Notes under the pieces: generated by a model
The model's database searches: none
The model's input: the letters and a program-made list of their open reading frames with translations, nothing else
What the model was told of the DNA's origin: nothing
In this document: one piece after another, positions 45,556 to 54,706 of the stretch
How positions within the stretch are numbered: the first letter of the stretch is position 1
How the letters are laid out: each line of letters begins with the position of its first letter
Made by a program: the position numbers and the translations under genes
Virus record (IMG/VR): IMGVR_UViG_3300043932_000239
Reading direction: 5' to 3' (one strand)
DNA length: 64,000 bases
DNA from: an uncultured virus (IMG/VR IMGVR_UViG_3300043932_000239)
Lineage: Duplodnaviria > Heunggongvirae > Uroviricota > Caudoviricetes

Positions 45556-47523
45556 TTAGTCCTTCATGTAGAAATCGCATGCGTACCCGTCTGCTGCTAG
45601 TGGTAGCCCCTGAGCCCACTCGGGCGCGGTAGCCATCAGTTCACAGATCTCATCGACGGTGGCGGTCGTGGTTTCGACGACGATCTCGTCATGGACATGC
45701 ATGACGATGCGGTGCCCAGCCTCAGCGACTCGATGCATTGCGACCGTGAGCAGGTCTCGGGCGACGGCCTGGACGATGTTTTCGGTGAGTTTCCCTCCGT
45801 AGGTTTCCACCTGGCCCCACTTGCGTCCCGTCGTGATGCCCTCGTGGGTGATGCTGGTGCCTCCGAATCTGTTCTCACCGAGCTTGGGTTTGACGAAGGC
45901 GAGGCGACGTCCGGAGGGAAGGGCGATGAACATGATCCCGGACTCGACGCTGAAGGTCAGCGCACCAACGCGGGTTTTCTGGCGGGTGCTGATCGTCTCG
46001 ATGGCGGCAGTGTTGATGTCAGCCCACAGCTGGACCACATTCGGGTTGGCGGCCCGCCACGCATCGACCAGTGGCTGCAGCTCATGCTCGGATAGTCCCA
46101 TGCGGAGTGCGCCCATGGCTTTGAGCGCTCCGACGCCGCCTTGGTAGCCACAGGCGAGGACCGCGATCTTGCCTTTCTGGCGCAGTTCACTGTTGACGCC
46201 ATGCTTGTCAACGGGGACACCAAACATGCGTGAGGCGGTCTCGCAGTACAGATCCTTCCCGTCACGAAAGGCCTCAAGAGTGGTGGTTTCACCTGCAAGC
46301 CACGCGATCACCCGCGCCTCGATCGCAGAAAAGTCAGCCACCACGAACCGGTGCCCGTCGGCGGGGATAAACGCCGTGCGAATCAGTTGGGACAGGGTGT
46401 CGGGCACGGAGTCGTAGAGCAGCTCGAGGGCACCGAAGTCTCCGATCCGCACGAGTCCTCTGGCCTCGGCCAGGTCGGGCAGGTAGTTGCGGGGTAGGTT
46501 GTGGACTTGAACCAGGCGGCCTGCAAATCTGCCGGTGCGCCCGGCCCCGTAGAATTGGAGGAAACCCCGCCCACGACCATCACGACCTGCCACGTGCTGC
46601 ATCGCCTCGTACTTCTTCACCGACGACTTCGCGAGCTCGCCACGCAGCTGCAAGACCTCACGCACCTGGCCAGTAGCCGCATCGAGCGCAGAAGTGACTT
46701 CGTCTTTCGTCAATGACTCGAGTGTCGTGCCATGAGCGGCGAGCCACTCCTTGAGCTGGATCGGCGAGTTCGGATTCTCAAGCCCCGTGAGCTCTTGAGC
46801 GCGGGTAAGCGTGGTGGCACGGTGCTGACGGTCGCACTGGACCGCATGACCCACCAGCACGCTGTCGAGGAGGATGCCGGTGTCGTTGACGTTCTGGTCC
46901 AGGGCGTAGGTGTCCCACTCGAACATTGGGAGCGGGAAGTCAGCCAGCCTGTCATGGATGGCCAGCTCCACTTCGACGTCGCGGCGGTTGTAGGAGATGA
47001 ACTGTTCCCACCCGTCAGGGTCGGATGCAGGCGGGTTGCGCTTCCCGCCCTGGTTGAACACGCTGGGTGTGGCCGGGGTACAGAACTGGCGGATGAGTTT
47101 CTTACCCGCACTGTCTTTCTGTACCGGCAGGTCAAGGACGGTGGCGACCTGGTCCAGGCTCATCGGCAGGCCGAGGTAGGCGGACCAGATCATGGTGCAG
47201 TGCCACTGGGCAGGGTCCAGATACCTGCGGCCCGCCATCAATTCTGGGTGGTGGCGGTGGAGCCAGGTTGAGAGGCAGATGCGCTCGAATGCGGCGTTGA
47301 ACGCCCACTTCACTACGTGCGGGTCGACGAGTGCGGCCAGCACCTTATCGGGGAGCTGGTGTCCGTTGGCGAGATCGACGACCTCGACCGAGCCGCCGTC
47401 GATCGAGTAGCCGAACAAGAGAACGTCGAACTCTGGGTTTTCGGCGTAGGGGTAGACCCCGGCCTTGGCCAGGTTCACTGGAGAAAAGGTCTCGATGTCG
47501 ATGAAGAGTTCACGCACAGGCAT
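45556..47523 (-). CDS. Family A DNA polymerase (phage)
   Basis: IDIETFS exonuclease, AFNAAFER, RTGRFAG, ADFSAIEARV, RQKGK...LACGY, HVHDEIV. Confidence 0.95.
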   Translation of the reverse strand: MPVRELFIDIETFSPVNLAKAGVYPYAENPEFDVLLFGYSIDGGSVEVVDLANGHQLPDKVLAALVDPHVVKWAFNAAFERICLSTWLHRHHPELMAGRRYLDPAQWHCTMIWSAYLGLPMSLDQVATVLDLPVQKDSAGKKLIRQFCTPATPSVFNQGGKRNPPASDPDGWEQFISYNRRDVEVELAIHDRLADFPLPMFEWDTYALDQNVNDTGILLDSVLVGHAVQCDRQHRATTLTRAQELTGLENPNSPIQLKEWLAAHGTTLESLTKDEVTSALDAATGQVREVLQLRGELAKSSVKKYEAMQHVAGRDGRGRGFLQFYGAGRTGRFAGRLVQVHNLPRNYLPDLAEARGLVRIGDFGALELLYDSVPDTLSQLIRTAFIPADGHRFVVADFSAIEARVIAWLAGETTTLEAFRDGKDLYCETASRMFGVPVDKHGVNSELRQKGKIAVLACGYQGGVGALKAMGALRMGLSEHELQPLVDAWRAANPNVVQLWADINTAAIETISTRQKTRVGALTFSVESGIMFIALPSGRRLAFVKPKLGENRFGGTSITHEGITTGRKWGQVETYGGKLTENIVQAVARDLLTVAMHRVAEAGHRIVMHVHDEIVVETTTATVDEICELMATAPEWAQGLPLAADGYACDFYMKD

Positions 47524-47545
47524 GCCTCCCTTGGGGTACGTGAGG

Positions 47546-47589
47546 ACGGGAGGGAACCAGCCCGCTGGTTGGGGTTGGTTCCCTCCCGT
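47546..47589. other. Strong hairpin upstream of the DNA polymerase gene
   Basis: ACGGGAGGGAACCA / TGGTTCCCTCCCGT, 14-bp perfect stem. Confidence 0.7.
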
Positions 47590-47600
47590 GAATGGGTGGG

Positions 47601-47786
47601 TTATTCAGAGACCCGCAGGTGGTCGAATTCGGCCTTCTCGGCCTCGAGCAACTCGGCCACGCGCTTGCGGTCACGGCGGATTTGGAGCTTGTTCTTGATC
47701 CAGCCGAACAAGAACACCACCCAGAACGGGATGAGTACGTACACCCAGATGGCGAGGGTGATTGCGTTGAAGACGTCCCACATCAT
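47601..47786 (-). CDS. Small membrane protein
   Basis: 61 aa, GGAGG RBS, one TM segment followed by a basic stretch. Confidence 0.65.
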   Translation of the reverse strand: MMWDVFNAITLAIWVYVLIPFWVVFLFGWIKNKLQIRRDRKRVAELLEAEKAEFDHLRVSE

Positions 47787-47802
47787 GTCGACGGCCCTCC
47801 GG

Positions 47803-48360
47803 TCAGTTCAGGAAGTCGTTGTCGGTGGCTGCCGTGAATGATCCGAAGTCGGCCTCGGCACTGATCCGATTGCCGCCGAGCGGCTGGCCATCACGCAGCT
47901 TCTGGATGTTGCCCAGCCCGCAGGCGATACCCCGGTTACCGTTGGTGTTGAACGCATAGAACGAGAGGCTCACGCGGGCGTAACACCCGGAGTAGACCTC
48001 GGAGGCATCCAGGATCGGCTGCAGGTCCGTACCCACGACCTGGGGCGGGGTGGTCGAGTTGGCGTTGACGAACATCGCGTTCGCATAGGCCTCATCATCG
48101 CGCTCGGCGTCACCGTCACGCAGCGGGAGCTTCAAAGCGGCCTTGTTCGGTCGCTTGCCACCGAACTTGGCCATCCCGGCATCGATCGCCGCGTCGATGG
48201 CGCGTTCGATCTTGGTCAGGGTCTCGGTGTCGGACTTCGGGATAATCAGGGACACGGAGTACTTGGGCTTGCCGCCTTGGATGGACTTCGCCTCGAAAAT
48301 GTTGGCGTAGGACAGGCGGACCTCGCCGGTGACCACACGGGTCGGATTCGTTGCAGACAT
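47803..48360 (-). CDS. DUF2815 family ssDNA-binding protein
   Basis: VRLSYANIFE, KYSVSLIIPKSD, PLRDGD, VYSGCY, GLGNIQK.RDG; acidic DFLN tail. Confidence 0.88.
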   Translation of the reverse strand: MSATNPTRVVTGEVRLSYANIFEAKSIQGGKPKYSVSLIIPKSDTETLTKIERAIDAAIDAGMAKFGGKRPNKAALKLPLRDGDAERDDEAYANAMFVNANSTTPPQVVGTDLQPILDASEVYSGCYARVSLSFYAFNTNGNRGIACGLGNIQKLRDGQPLGGNRISAEADFGSFTAATDNDFLN

Positions 48361-48386
48361 TCTTGTCTTACCTTCTTTCTTGTTCG

Positions 48387-49520
48387 TTACTTGATGGCAG
48401 TGAATTCGTTGGCCGCTGACTGGATCACGAGAGCGGGCCTCTTGTCGGAGTCGGGCACGAGCGTGGGCTTACCGGCGGGTTTGACCACGAGGTCCCCGAG
48501 GAGAGTGGTGAAGCGCTTCTTGCCCAGCTGCTTCTCCAGCGCGGTGATGGTCTTGAGCTTGCGATCCCACACGTCGACACCGGCCGCCTCAGCGGCCTGG
48601 GCGACAGCGGACTCGTCGGCGTACTTGCGGATCGAGCGGCCCTCGACGAGCTTGAACCCGGGCCAGGTCTTGCTCTGGTTCACCGCCAGCGACAGCGCGT
48701 GCGCTTCCACATCGGCAGCCCAGGCCTTCAGGTCCGGCAGCTGGGCCAGCACCTGCGCGATCTCGGCATCGGTGAGCTCGGCAGGCGGTGCGAACTCATG
48801 CTGGGCAAGCGCAAGGTTCGCCTCAGCACGCGTCCGGCAAGTAGGGGCGAGCTTGCAGAACCGGCACCACTCACCAGGCGCGAACTCGCCACCCCCACAG
48901 GCAGCCAGCGCGGCACGAGGCTTCACTACCTGTTCTGCCCATGCCTCCAGCTCGGCCACCGAGATCGCCCACGTTGAGACATTCGAACGCCTGGGCTGGA
49001 AGATCGTGACCGCCACTTCGCTGATGTCGTACAGCGCCCCGAACGCCTCCACCGCTCCGAGTGCATACAGCATGAGCTGCGGGTTGTGCTCGGCCTCCAC
49101 CAAGATGCCTTGGCCGTACTTGAGGTCGATGATCTGGAGCATTGGTTCGGCGATGATGACGCAGTCGCCAGTCCCGAAGCCGCCCGGTACGACGTGGCTG
49201 AAGTCGAGGCGCTGCTCGATGAGCACCTGCGGATCAGCACACGCCTGGCGCACATCGCGCAGCCGTTCCTGAACGAAGGCCACGTAGTCAGTGGTGTGTT
49301 CGTCCATTTCGGAGTCGATCCAGCCCGAGACCGGCTTCGTGGTCGGGGCATCATGGAGGGCGCGGCGCAGCTTCCACTCCGCCAGCGCATGAGCAGCGGT
49401 TCCTTGCTCAGCCGCCTGCGAGGTGGACTCCGGCAGCCCAGCCTCCAGCGCTGCTGACGGTGGGCAGGCAAGCCACCGGTGCGCTCCCGAGGCGCTCAGC
49501 AATGCGTGCTGGTCAGGCAT
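48387..49520 (-). CDS. DUF2800 (Cas4-like PD-(D/E)xK) nuclease
   Basis: HALLSASGAHRWL.CPPS, GT.AH, FGTGD, IIDLKYG, NPQL.LYALG, CRFC...C. Confidence 0.88.
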   Translation of the reverse strand: MPDQHALLSASGAHRWLACPPSAALEAGLPESTSQAAEQGTAAHALAEWKLRRALHDAPTTKPVSGWIDSEMDEHTTDYVAFVQERLRDVRQACADPQVLIEQRLDFSHVVPGGFGTGDCVIIAEPMLQIIDLKYGQGILVEAEHNPQLMLYALGAVEAFGALYDISEVAVTIFQPRRSNVSTWAISVAELEAWAEQVVKPRAALAACGGGEFAPGEWCRFCKLAPTCRTRAEANLALAQHEFAPPAELTDAEIAQVLAQLPDLKAWAADVEAHALSLAVNQSKTWPGFKLVEGRSIRKYADESAVAQAAEAAGVDVWDRKLKTITALEKQLGKKRFTTLLGDLVVKPAGKPTLVPDSDKRPALVIQSAANEFTAIK

Positions 49521-49935
49521 CAGCAATCGCCTCCGCCTGCTCCAGCAGCAGCCCGTACTTGGACGGGTCAACCTCGGTGAGCTTGCTCGCGCCAGCCGCC
49601 TGGATCAGCTCACGCACCTGCGCGGTATGACCTGCCTGCGACAGGCGCGCCAACACCGTGCGGACCTGCTCCAACGTCACCCGCACAACCTCCGGGACCG
49701 GGGCCAGGGCAGGTTCCGGGACGGGCGGCTGGTGAGCCGCTTCGTACTCTACGGCTGCAGCTTCCAGCGCTGGCTGGGCGAGCTGGGCTGCGGCGATCGG
49801 GCGAGCCCCCGACATACCAGGGTGATCCTCGAACGATTCCCACGCGGCCTCCTCGATCGCAGAGGCCAGCATCGTGACCCCCTCCGCGATCCGGTTCAGC
49901 GCCGGGATGTAGCGGTTCGCTTCGGTGACGTTCAC
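49513..49935 (-). CDS. Hypothetical phage replication-module protein
   Basis: VTLEQVR.VLA..S..G....VRELI...GASKLTEVDP.KY. Confidence 0.7.
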   Translation of the reverse strand: MNVTEANRYIPALNRIAEGVTMLASAIEEAAWESFEDHPGMSGARPIAAAQLAQPALEAAAVEYEAAHQPPVPEPALAPVPEVVRVTLEQVRTVLARLSQAGHTAQVRELIQAAGASKLTEVDPSKYGLLLEQAEAIADA

Positions 49936-50174
49936 GCGGCATCACCACCACTCCGGGTAACGCCGACGGCACGAGCCAGCGCCATGAGGTCGTCGTCTGG
50001 GCGGATGATTTCTACTGAGCGGACCTGGTTGCCCGGCACGAGAACGGTGAGCTGCTGGGCGTTGCCGAGCAGCTTGCGGGCGATCCTGCTACGGATGCTG
50101 ACCTTGCGGGTAGAGACCGCAGCGTCAGGTTCGGGCTGGTCAGTCAACGTGACCTTGAGGCGATGCTTGGACAT
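49932..50174 (-). CDS. Hypothetical phage protein
   Basis: AAGGAGG RBS; VSIRSRIARKLLG...LTVLVPG. Confidence 0.7.
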   Translation of the reverse strand: MSKHRLKVTLTDQPEPDAAVSTRKVSIRSRIARKLLGNAQQLTVLVPGNQVRSVEIIRPDDDLMALARAVGVTRSGGDAA

Positions 50175-50236
50175 CGTTTCCTCCTTTTGAATCAGATGAG
50201 CGTCGGTTTGTGCTGGCCTTCAGGTGGGCCGGGCAC

Positions 50237-50881
50237 TCATACGCCCCCGACGGGAGCCAGATCCGGACATTCCTGCTCGATGAATTCGCGAAGCTTCTTC
50301 AGTGCCCGCTTGACCGAGCGCCCGATGCTGTTCGCTCGCTTGGCCACCTCGGCTTCGTCAGCACCGGGCAGCTCCTCACGCGCGATCTGCACGAAGGAGA
50401 ACCCCTCGAACACGTGCAGTCGGATGTGCTCGGCTTGCTTGGCGCTGACCTGAGACAGCAGCCAATCGACAACCAGCTCACTGTCGATCTGGTCTTCGTG
50501 AACCGAGACGTTCAGATACTGGGGTCCGTCATGGACCTCGACTTCCCAGTCGCTATAGGAGAGGTCGCCACGGTTTCGAGCGTTCTCAGCGGCACGAAAA
50601 CTGCGGTAGGCAGTGCGCAGATATGCGACTTTCCACTCCGGCACGTACGTCGGGTCGTAGAGCAAGGAGAGAACCTCATCGGCGCTCAGGCCAAGTTCTT
50701 CGTCTCCAACGGGTGGGTCGACGAGCTCGATCCACGCATAGTTCTGGGTGCCGTCCTTCGAAATGGACGAAGGCACGTAGATCTGGGTGAACTCTTTGCC
50801 GCCGACCTTCTTGGTGCGGACGGCGTAGGGCTGGTATCCGGTGTCGGGTTTCTGTGTGGTTGAAAAAGTAGGAGTTGCCAC
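50237..50881 (-). CDS. Phage sigma-70 region 4-like transcription factor
   Basis: GTG with AAGGAG RBS; KQAEHIRLHVFEGFSFVQIAREE...SIGRSVKRALKKLR; first gene of the leftward early region. Confidence 0.75.
   Translation of the reverse strand: MATPTFSTTQKPDTGYQPYAVRTKKVGGKEFTQIYVPSSISKDGTQNYAWIELVDPPVGDEELGLSADEVLSLLYDPTYVPEWKVAYLRTAYRSFRAAENARNRGDLSYSDWEVEVHDGPQYLNVSVHEDQIDSELVVDWLLSQVSAKQAEHIRLHVFEGFSFVQIAREELPGADEAEVAKRANSIGRSVKRALKKLREFIEQECPDLAPVGGV
50239..50269 (-). promoter_or_regulatory. Promoter-like motif class A within the last codons of the sigma-like gene
   Basis: TGTCCGG-N16-GGGCGTAT ending at the first base of the TGA stop. Confidence 0.75.
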
Positions 50882-50972
50882 GGCTGGCTCCTTCCGCTGG
50901 ATGCGGAAAGACCCACGGGAGACGCCGCTAGTCGTCTGGTGTCGGTGAAGCGGTCTGCATTGGCATGGCTAT

Positions 50973-51000
50973 GGGCGGACATCCGGATGGATGCCCGCCC
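50973..51000. other. Hairpin in the leader of the sigma-like gene
   Basis: GGGCGG.CATCC / GGATG.CCGCCC. Confidence 0.5.
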
Positions 51001-51315
51001 CAGCGGCTCCTGCAGATCGTTCCGACTTGGGACGAATAGAAACCTGAGCTCAGTTGTTGGCTACGGATCGGCGTGATCACGGTCGATCCGGTGGATGCGC
51101 CTCACGTTGCGTGAGGTGTCTCCATGGACTCGCCCGGATCGTGCACATCCCGGTCGTGTCCTGAGCGCGAGGCCACGCCACCTGCCCCGCATAACCCACG
51201 CGAGATACGCAATCGCCAACTTCTCATTGCAAATGCACAGCCGTGATAGACTCTTGCCCATCTCTCTTGAGCTATGTCCACGGTAGAAAATGGCACCTCG
51301 GCCATTTAGACGCTT

Positions 51316-51341
51316 TGGGACAGCCTGGGACAGTTGGGACA
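51316..51341 (+). promoter_or_regulatory. Three TGGGACA direct repeats, operator-like
   Basis: Copies at 51316, 51326, 51335 (about one helical turn apart), just before the GGAGG RBS of 51358. Confidence 0.65.
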
Positions 51342-51357
51342 AACTCCGGTGGAGGTG

Positions 51358-52527
51358 ATGGCGAAGTTGCTCTTCAACGATGTGATGAAGGCCGTCTACC
51401 CGCACCTGCGCGGCACCCGGAACACAGCAGACTTCATGCGCAACATGATCGAACGGCTATGCGCCGTCCCTGAGGAGCACTGGTTCACGCCCCGAGGTAG
51501 GACACCGGATCAGGACTACAAGGATGAATCCCTGCGGAAGTTCTATAGTCGCGGGATCACGAAAAAGCTGGCGCGCGCCATGCTCGCTAGTCCCACCCGC
51601 GACAACTTCGTCGATTCCCTCAACTACGTCGATGACATCGAGACGCAGTCAGTCGAGGAGGTCAAGGCGGCGCTGGCTCGCAGTATCCAGCCGTTTACCG
51701 GCGAAGATGTCGACGAATTAAATGTTGGCGACGTGTTGTTCGACTTGATCCAGCAAGCGTTGGAGTTCGTTGTCAATCCGGAATTGGAGAATGACCGTAA
51801 GCTCCAGCGAGCCACGGCGGTGTCGGATGCCGTCAAGGGCAAGCTCGGTTCTCGCCTGTTGGAGGAGTGCAAGTACACCTGCTCGCGCACCGGCTGCGGC
51901 AAGCACCTCCAGCCCGTCACCGACGACGGCGCGACAGCTCCGCTCTATGCGATTGGACGAATTGAAGGCGAAGCTCGTACTTACGAGAATCTGGTCGCGC
52001 TGTGTCCGGACTGCTTCCACGCCTACACGCTCAACCACAAGAAATCCGACGCAAAAGACCTGGGGCGCAATAAGAAGGCACAAGTCGACGCAGCCCAGGC
52101 ACGCAAGACACTGACCACGGTCGATATTGAACGTGGCATCAGCAAGGTCGTCGAGAAGCTCGGCAACGCCAACCCCAAAGAATTCGAGCCGCTGAACTTC
52201 GACCCAGTCGCAGTCAAGGACAAGATCGACCAGTCAGTCGACGTGTTCGTGTTCGACGAGGTATTCATGCACGTCACGCGATACTTCAGGTTTATCGAGA
52301 AAGAGCTGCAGGAGCAGGCTCGGCTCAAGACGTTTGATGATGGGTTGTTGCGAGCCGAGATCAGAGCCTCGTACACGAAGCTCGCTGACAAGGGGTACGC
52401 GAAACAGCGGATCCATGAAGCCCTGACCATTCGGCTCAGTCAGATCACAAAACAGAATGCCCGCTACTGCGCTTACGTGACCTCCTACTTCGTCCAGTCC
52501 TGTGAGGTGTTCGATGCTGCTTCCTAA
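51358..52527 (+). CDS. ABC-three-component system effector: unknown N-terminal domain, degenerate HNH Zn finger, CTD
   Basis: CSRTGC...NLVALCPDCF; C-terminal YVTSYFVQSCEVF typical of ABC-3C CTDs; overlaps the middle component gene. Confidence 0.75.
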   Translation: MAKLLFNDVMKAVYPHLRGTRNTADFMRNMIERLCAVPEEHWFTPRGRTPDQDYKDESLRKFYSRGITKKLARAMLASPTRDNFVDSLNYVDDIETQSVEEVKAALARSIQPFTGEDVDELNVGDVLFDLIQQALEFVVNPELENDRKLQRATAVSDAVKGKLGSRLLEECKYTCSRTGCGKHLQPVTDDGATAPLYAIGRIEGEARTYENLVALCPDCFHAYTLNHKKSDAKDLGRNKKAQVDAAQARKTLTTVDIERGISKVVEKLGNANPKEFEPLNFDPVAVKDKIDQSVDVFVFDEVFMHVTRYFRFIEKELQEQARLKTFDDGLLRAEIRASYTKLADKGYAKQRIHEALTIRLSQITKQNARYCAYVTSYFVQSCEVFDAAS

Positions 52528-52732
52528 CAAGTTGTTTGCCTACCAGGACACGGTGCTGCCGCTGCTTCCGACGATCCTAAGGCTCCTGGACACCCCGAAG
52601 ACCCCGAATGAACTTGCCGTCGCCCTTGCCCCCGTCACGACGGATCCAATCCGGCTGATTGATGCGCTCGACTGTCTCTACGCCCTCGGCAAGGTCACGC
52701 TCAGTGGGGAAGGAGCACTGGAGCGATGCTGA
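52514..52732 (+). CDS. ABC-three-component middle component (small winged-helix-like)
   Basis: MLLPNKLFAY..TVL...IDALDCLYALGKV. Confidence 0.75.
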   Translation: MLLPNKLFAYQDTVLPLLPTILRLLDTPKTPNELAVALAPVTTDPIRLIDALDCLYALGKVTLSGEGALERC

Positions 52733-54375
52733 AGCAGATCAGTTGTGCCTTGTTCAAAGAAGGCGACACACCACGCCCGCCGATCCAGTTCCATCAAGGA
52801 CTGAACACGATCCTCGGCGCAGTCCGAGGCGAGGCCGGGTCAATCGGCAAGTCCACGATGATGCTCATCATCGACTTCGTCTTTGGTGGCAACACCTACG
52901 TCGACAGCGATGCCGTCCGGGAACTGCCTGAGCACGCCATCAACTTCACCTTCGAATTTGACGGTGCCTCTTACAACTTCGTGCGACGCCCCCATGAACC
53001 CAAAGTTGTGGTCAACATCGATGCCGACGGCGGCGTGCTGAAAACCCTTGAGCTCAAGGAGTTCACAGACTGGTTGGCCGTCCAGTACGGCATGCAGTTG
53101 CCGGGCGCGTCGTTCCGACAGATGCTCAGCAGGTTCTTCCGGATCTACGGCAAAAACAACCACAACGAACTCAAACCACTCCAGACCCGTGGTGGTGAGG
53201 AATCCCAGAAGGATGCCATCGCGATCCTGATCTCCTTGTTCCAGTACTACAGCTCGATCGAGGACTTCAAGCAGCAACTACAGAGCGCTGAGGACATGAT
53301 TGCAGCGTTCAAAGCTGCCAGACGCTACGAGTTCATCCCATCGGCAGTTGACGGGTTGACTAAGTACAAGCAGAACGTCGTCGAGATCGCCTCCCTGGAG
53401 CAGGAACGTGCGCAACTGGCCGAATCAGATGAAGCGACAGTCGATCCGAGCGAGGTCGAACACGCTAACGCACGCAACGAACTCAACCGCCAACTCGGCG
53501 ACGTTCGACGCCTCATCAAAGAAAGGCACGACGAGCTACACCTGCTCGATTTGAACCTACGCCACGGCGCGTACCCCACCGAGGCCGACCTCAAGAGCCT
53601 GCAAGAATTCTTCCCCGAAGCGAACCTGGCCAAGCTTGTCGAGGTCGAGAAGTTCCACACCAAGATCCAGACGATTCTCGCGGAAGAACTCACCCAAGCC
53701 CGCGAGCGCGTCCAACGCGAGGTAACCGAGCTTCAAGAACACCACGACCGCATCCTTTCCCAGATGGATGCGATCCCCACATCCAAAGCGTTCACGCCAG
53801 AATTCCTCGACGCCTACACGACCCTGGATCGGCGGATCACCAAGCTTAAAGAGCAGAACGAAGCGTTCGACCAAAACCACAAGCTCCAGACCGCGAAACG
53901 AGAAGCCAACACGCGCTACCAAAACCAACTCGAAAGCGTGCTGGCACAAATCGAAATCGCCATAAACACGCAGATGGACGCCATCAACGACGAGGTCACC
54001 GGCGGGGAGTACAACGCGCCCCGACTGACGATCAAGGCCTTCAACTCCTACGACTTCGAAACGCCGAAGGATAAAGGCACAGGCACAAACCATCGCAGCA
54101 TGATCATCTACGACCTCGCCGTGCTGCAGAACACCGTGCTCCCAGCACTGGCACACGACTCGATCGTGTTCGACTCCATGCCCCGCCCAGACCTCAGCAA
54201 CCTGATCCGCGTCTACGCCGATCAAGTGGAGAAGCAAATCTTCATCGCTGTGGACAAGACCAGCGAATGCACCCCCGAAGCCCAATCCATCCTGCAAGAA
54301 ACCACCGTCCTGAAACTGGACAACAACGAGAAGGCGCTCTTTGGAGAGAAGTGGAGCCGGAAGGAACGTCCATGA
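52726..54375 (+). CDS. DUF2326 SMC-like ABC ATPase (ABC-3C/Lamassu-like)
   Basis: GLNTILG, Walker A-like SIGKST, central coiled coil, KGTGT signature, LAHDS, KQIFIAVDK. Confidence 0.85.
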   Translation: MLKQISCALFKEGDTPRPPIQFHQGLNTILGAVRGEAGSIGKSTMMLIIDFVFGGNTYVDSDAVRELPEHAINFTFEFDGASYNFVRRPHEPKVVVNIDADGGVLKTLELKEFTDWLAVQYGMQLPGASFRQMLSRFFRIYGKNNHNELKPLQTRGGEESQKDAIAILISLFQYYSSIEDFKQQLQSAEDMIAAFKAARRYEFIPSAVDGLTKYKQNVVEIASLEQERAQLAESDEATVDPSEVEHANARNELNRQLGDVRRLIKERHDELHLLDLNLRHGAYPTEADLKSLQEFFPEANLAKLVEVEKFHTKIQTILAEELTQARERVQREVTELQEHHDRILSQMDAIPTSKAFTPEFLDAYTTLDRRITKLKEQNEAFDQNHKLQTAKREANTRYQNQLESVLAQIEIAINTQMDAINDEVTGGEYNAPRLTIKAFNSYDFETPKDKGTGTNHRSMIIYDLAVLQNTVLPALAHDSIVFDSMPRPDLSNLIRVYADQVEKQIFIAVDKTSECTPEAQSILQETTVLKLDNNEKALFGEKWSRKERP

Positions 54376-54605
54376 AGATCCAATACAACAAGCTCTGGAA
54401 ACTCCTCATCGACAAGAACATGAACAAAGTCCAGCTCCGAGACAAGGCGCGCATCAGCAGCAACTCACTAGCCAAACTCGGCAAGAACGAACCAGTACAC
54501 ATGGACGTCCTCATGAAGATAGCGACCGCCCTCGACTGCAGAGTTGAAGACCTTTTCGAGACCCAAACTGACTCAGAGGAAGATGCCAATGCTGCCAGAA
54601 ACTAG
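54372..54605 (+). CDS. Cro/C1-type HTH (HTH_26) regulator
   Basis: YNKLWKLLIDKNM.K..L...A.ISSNSLAKLGKNE.V...VL.KI...LDC. Confidence 0.9.
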   Translation: MKIQYNKLWKLLIDKNMNKVQLRDKARISSNSLAKLGKNEPVHMDVLMKIATALDCRVEDLFETQTDSEEDANAARN

Positions 54606-54706
54606 GACCAGTTGGACCACACTTCGACGTAAGGGCTTGATGGAAATGATCGGTCTCCGAATACTGCTCCCGAGTCTAACCGCAAGTCCGCGTGCAAGGA
54701 GGCAAG

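Noticed and set aside
45365..45559. 64-aa + strand ORF between polymerase and antirepressor genes
   Set aside because: No RBS or motif; may be a remnant but cannot be supported
48387..49520. Cas4-like nuclease as a sign of CRISPR-Cas
   Set aside because: Standard DUF2800 phage replication gene; no array or other cas genes seen
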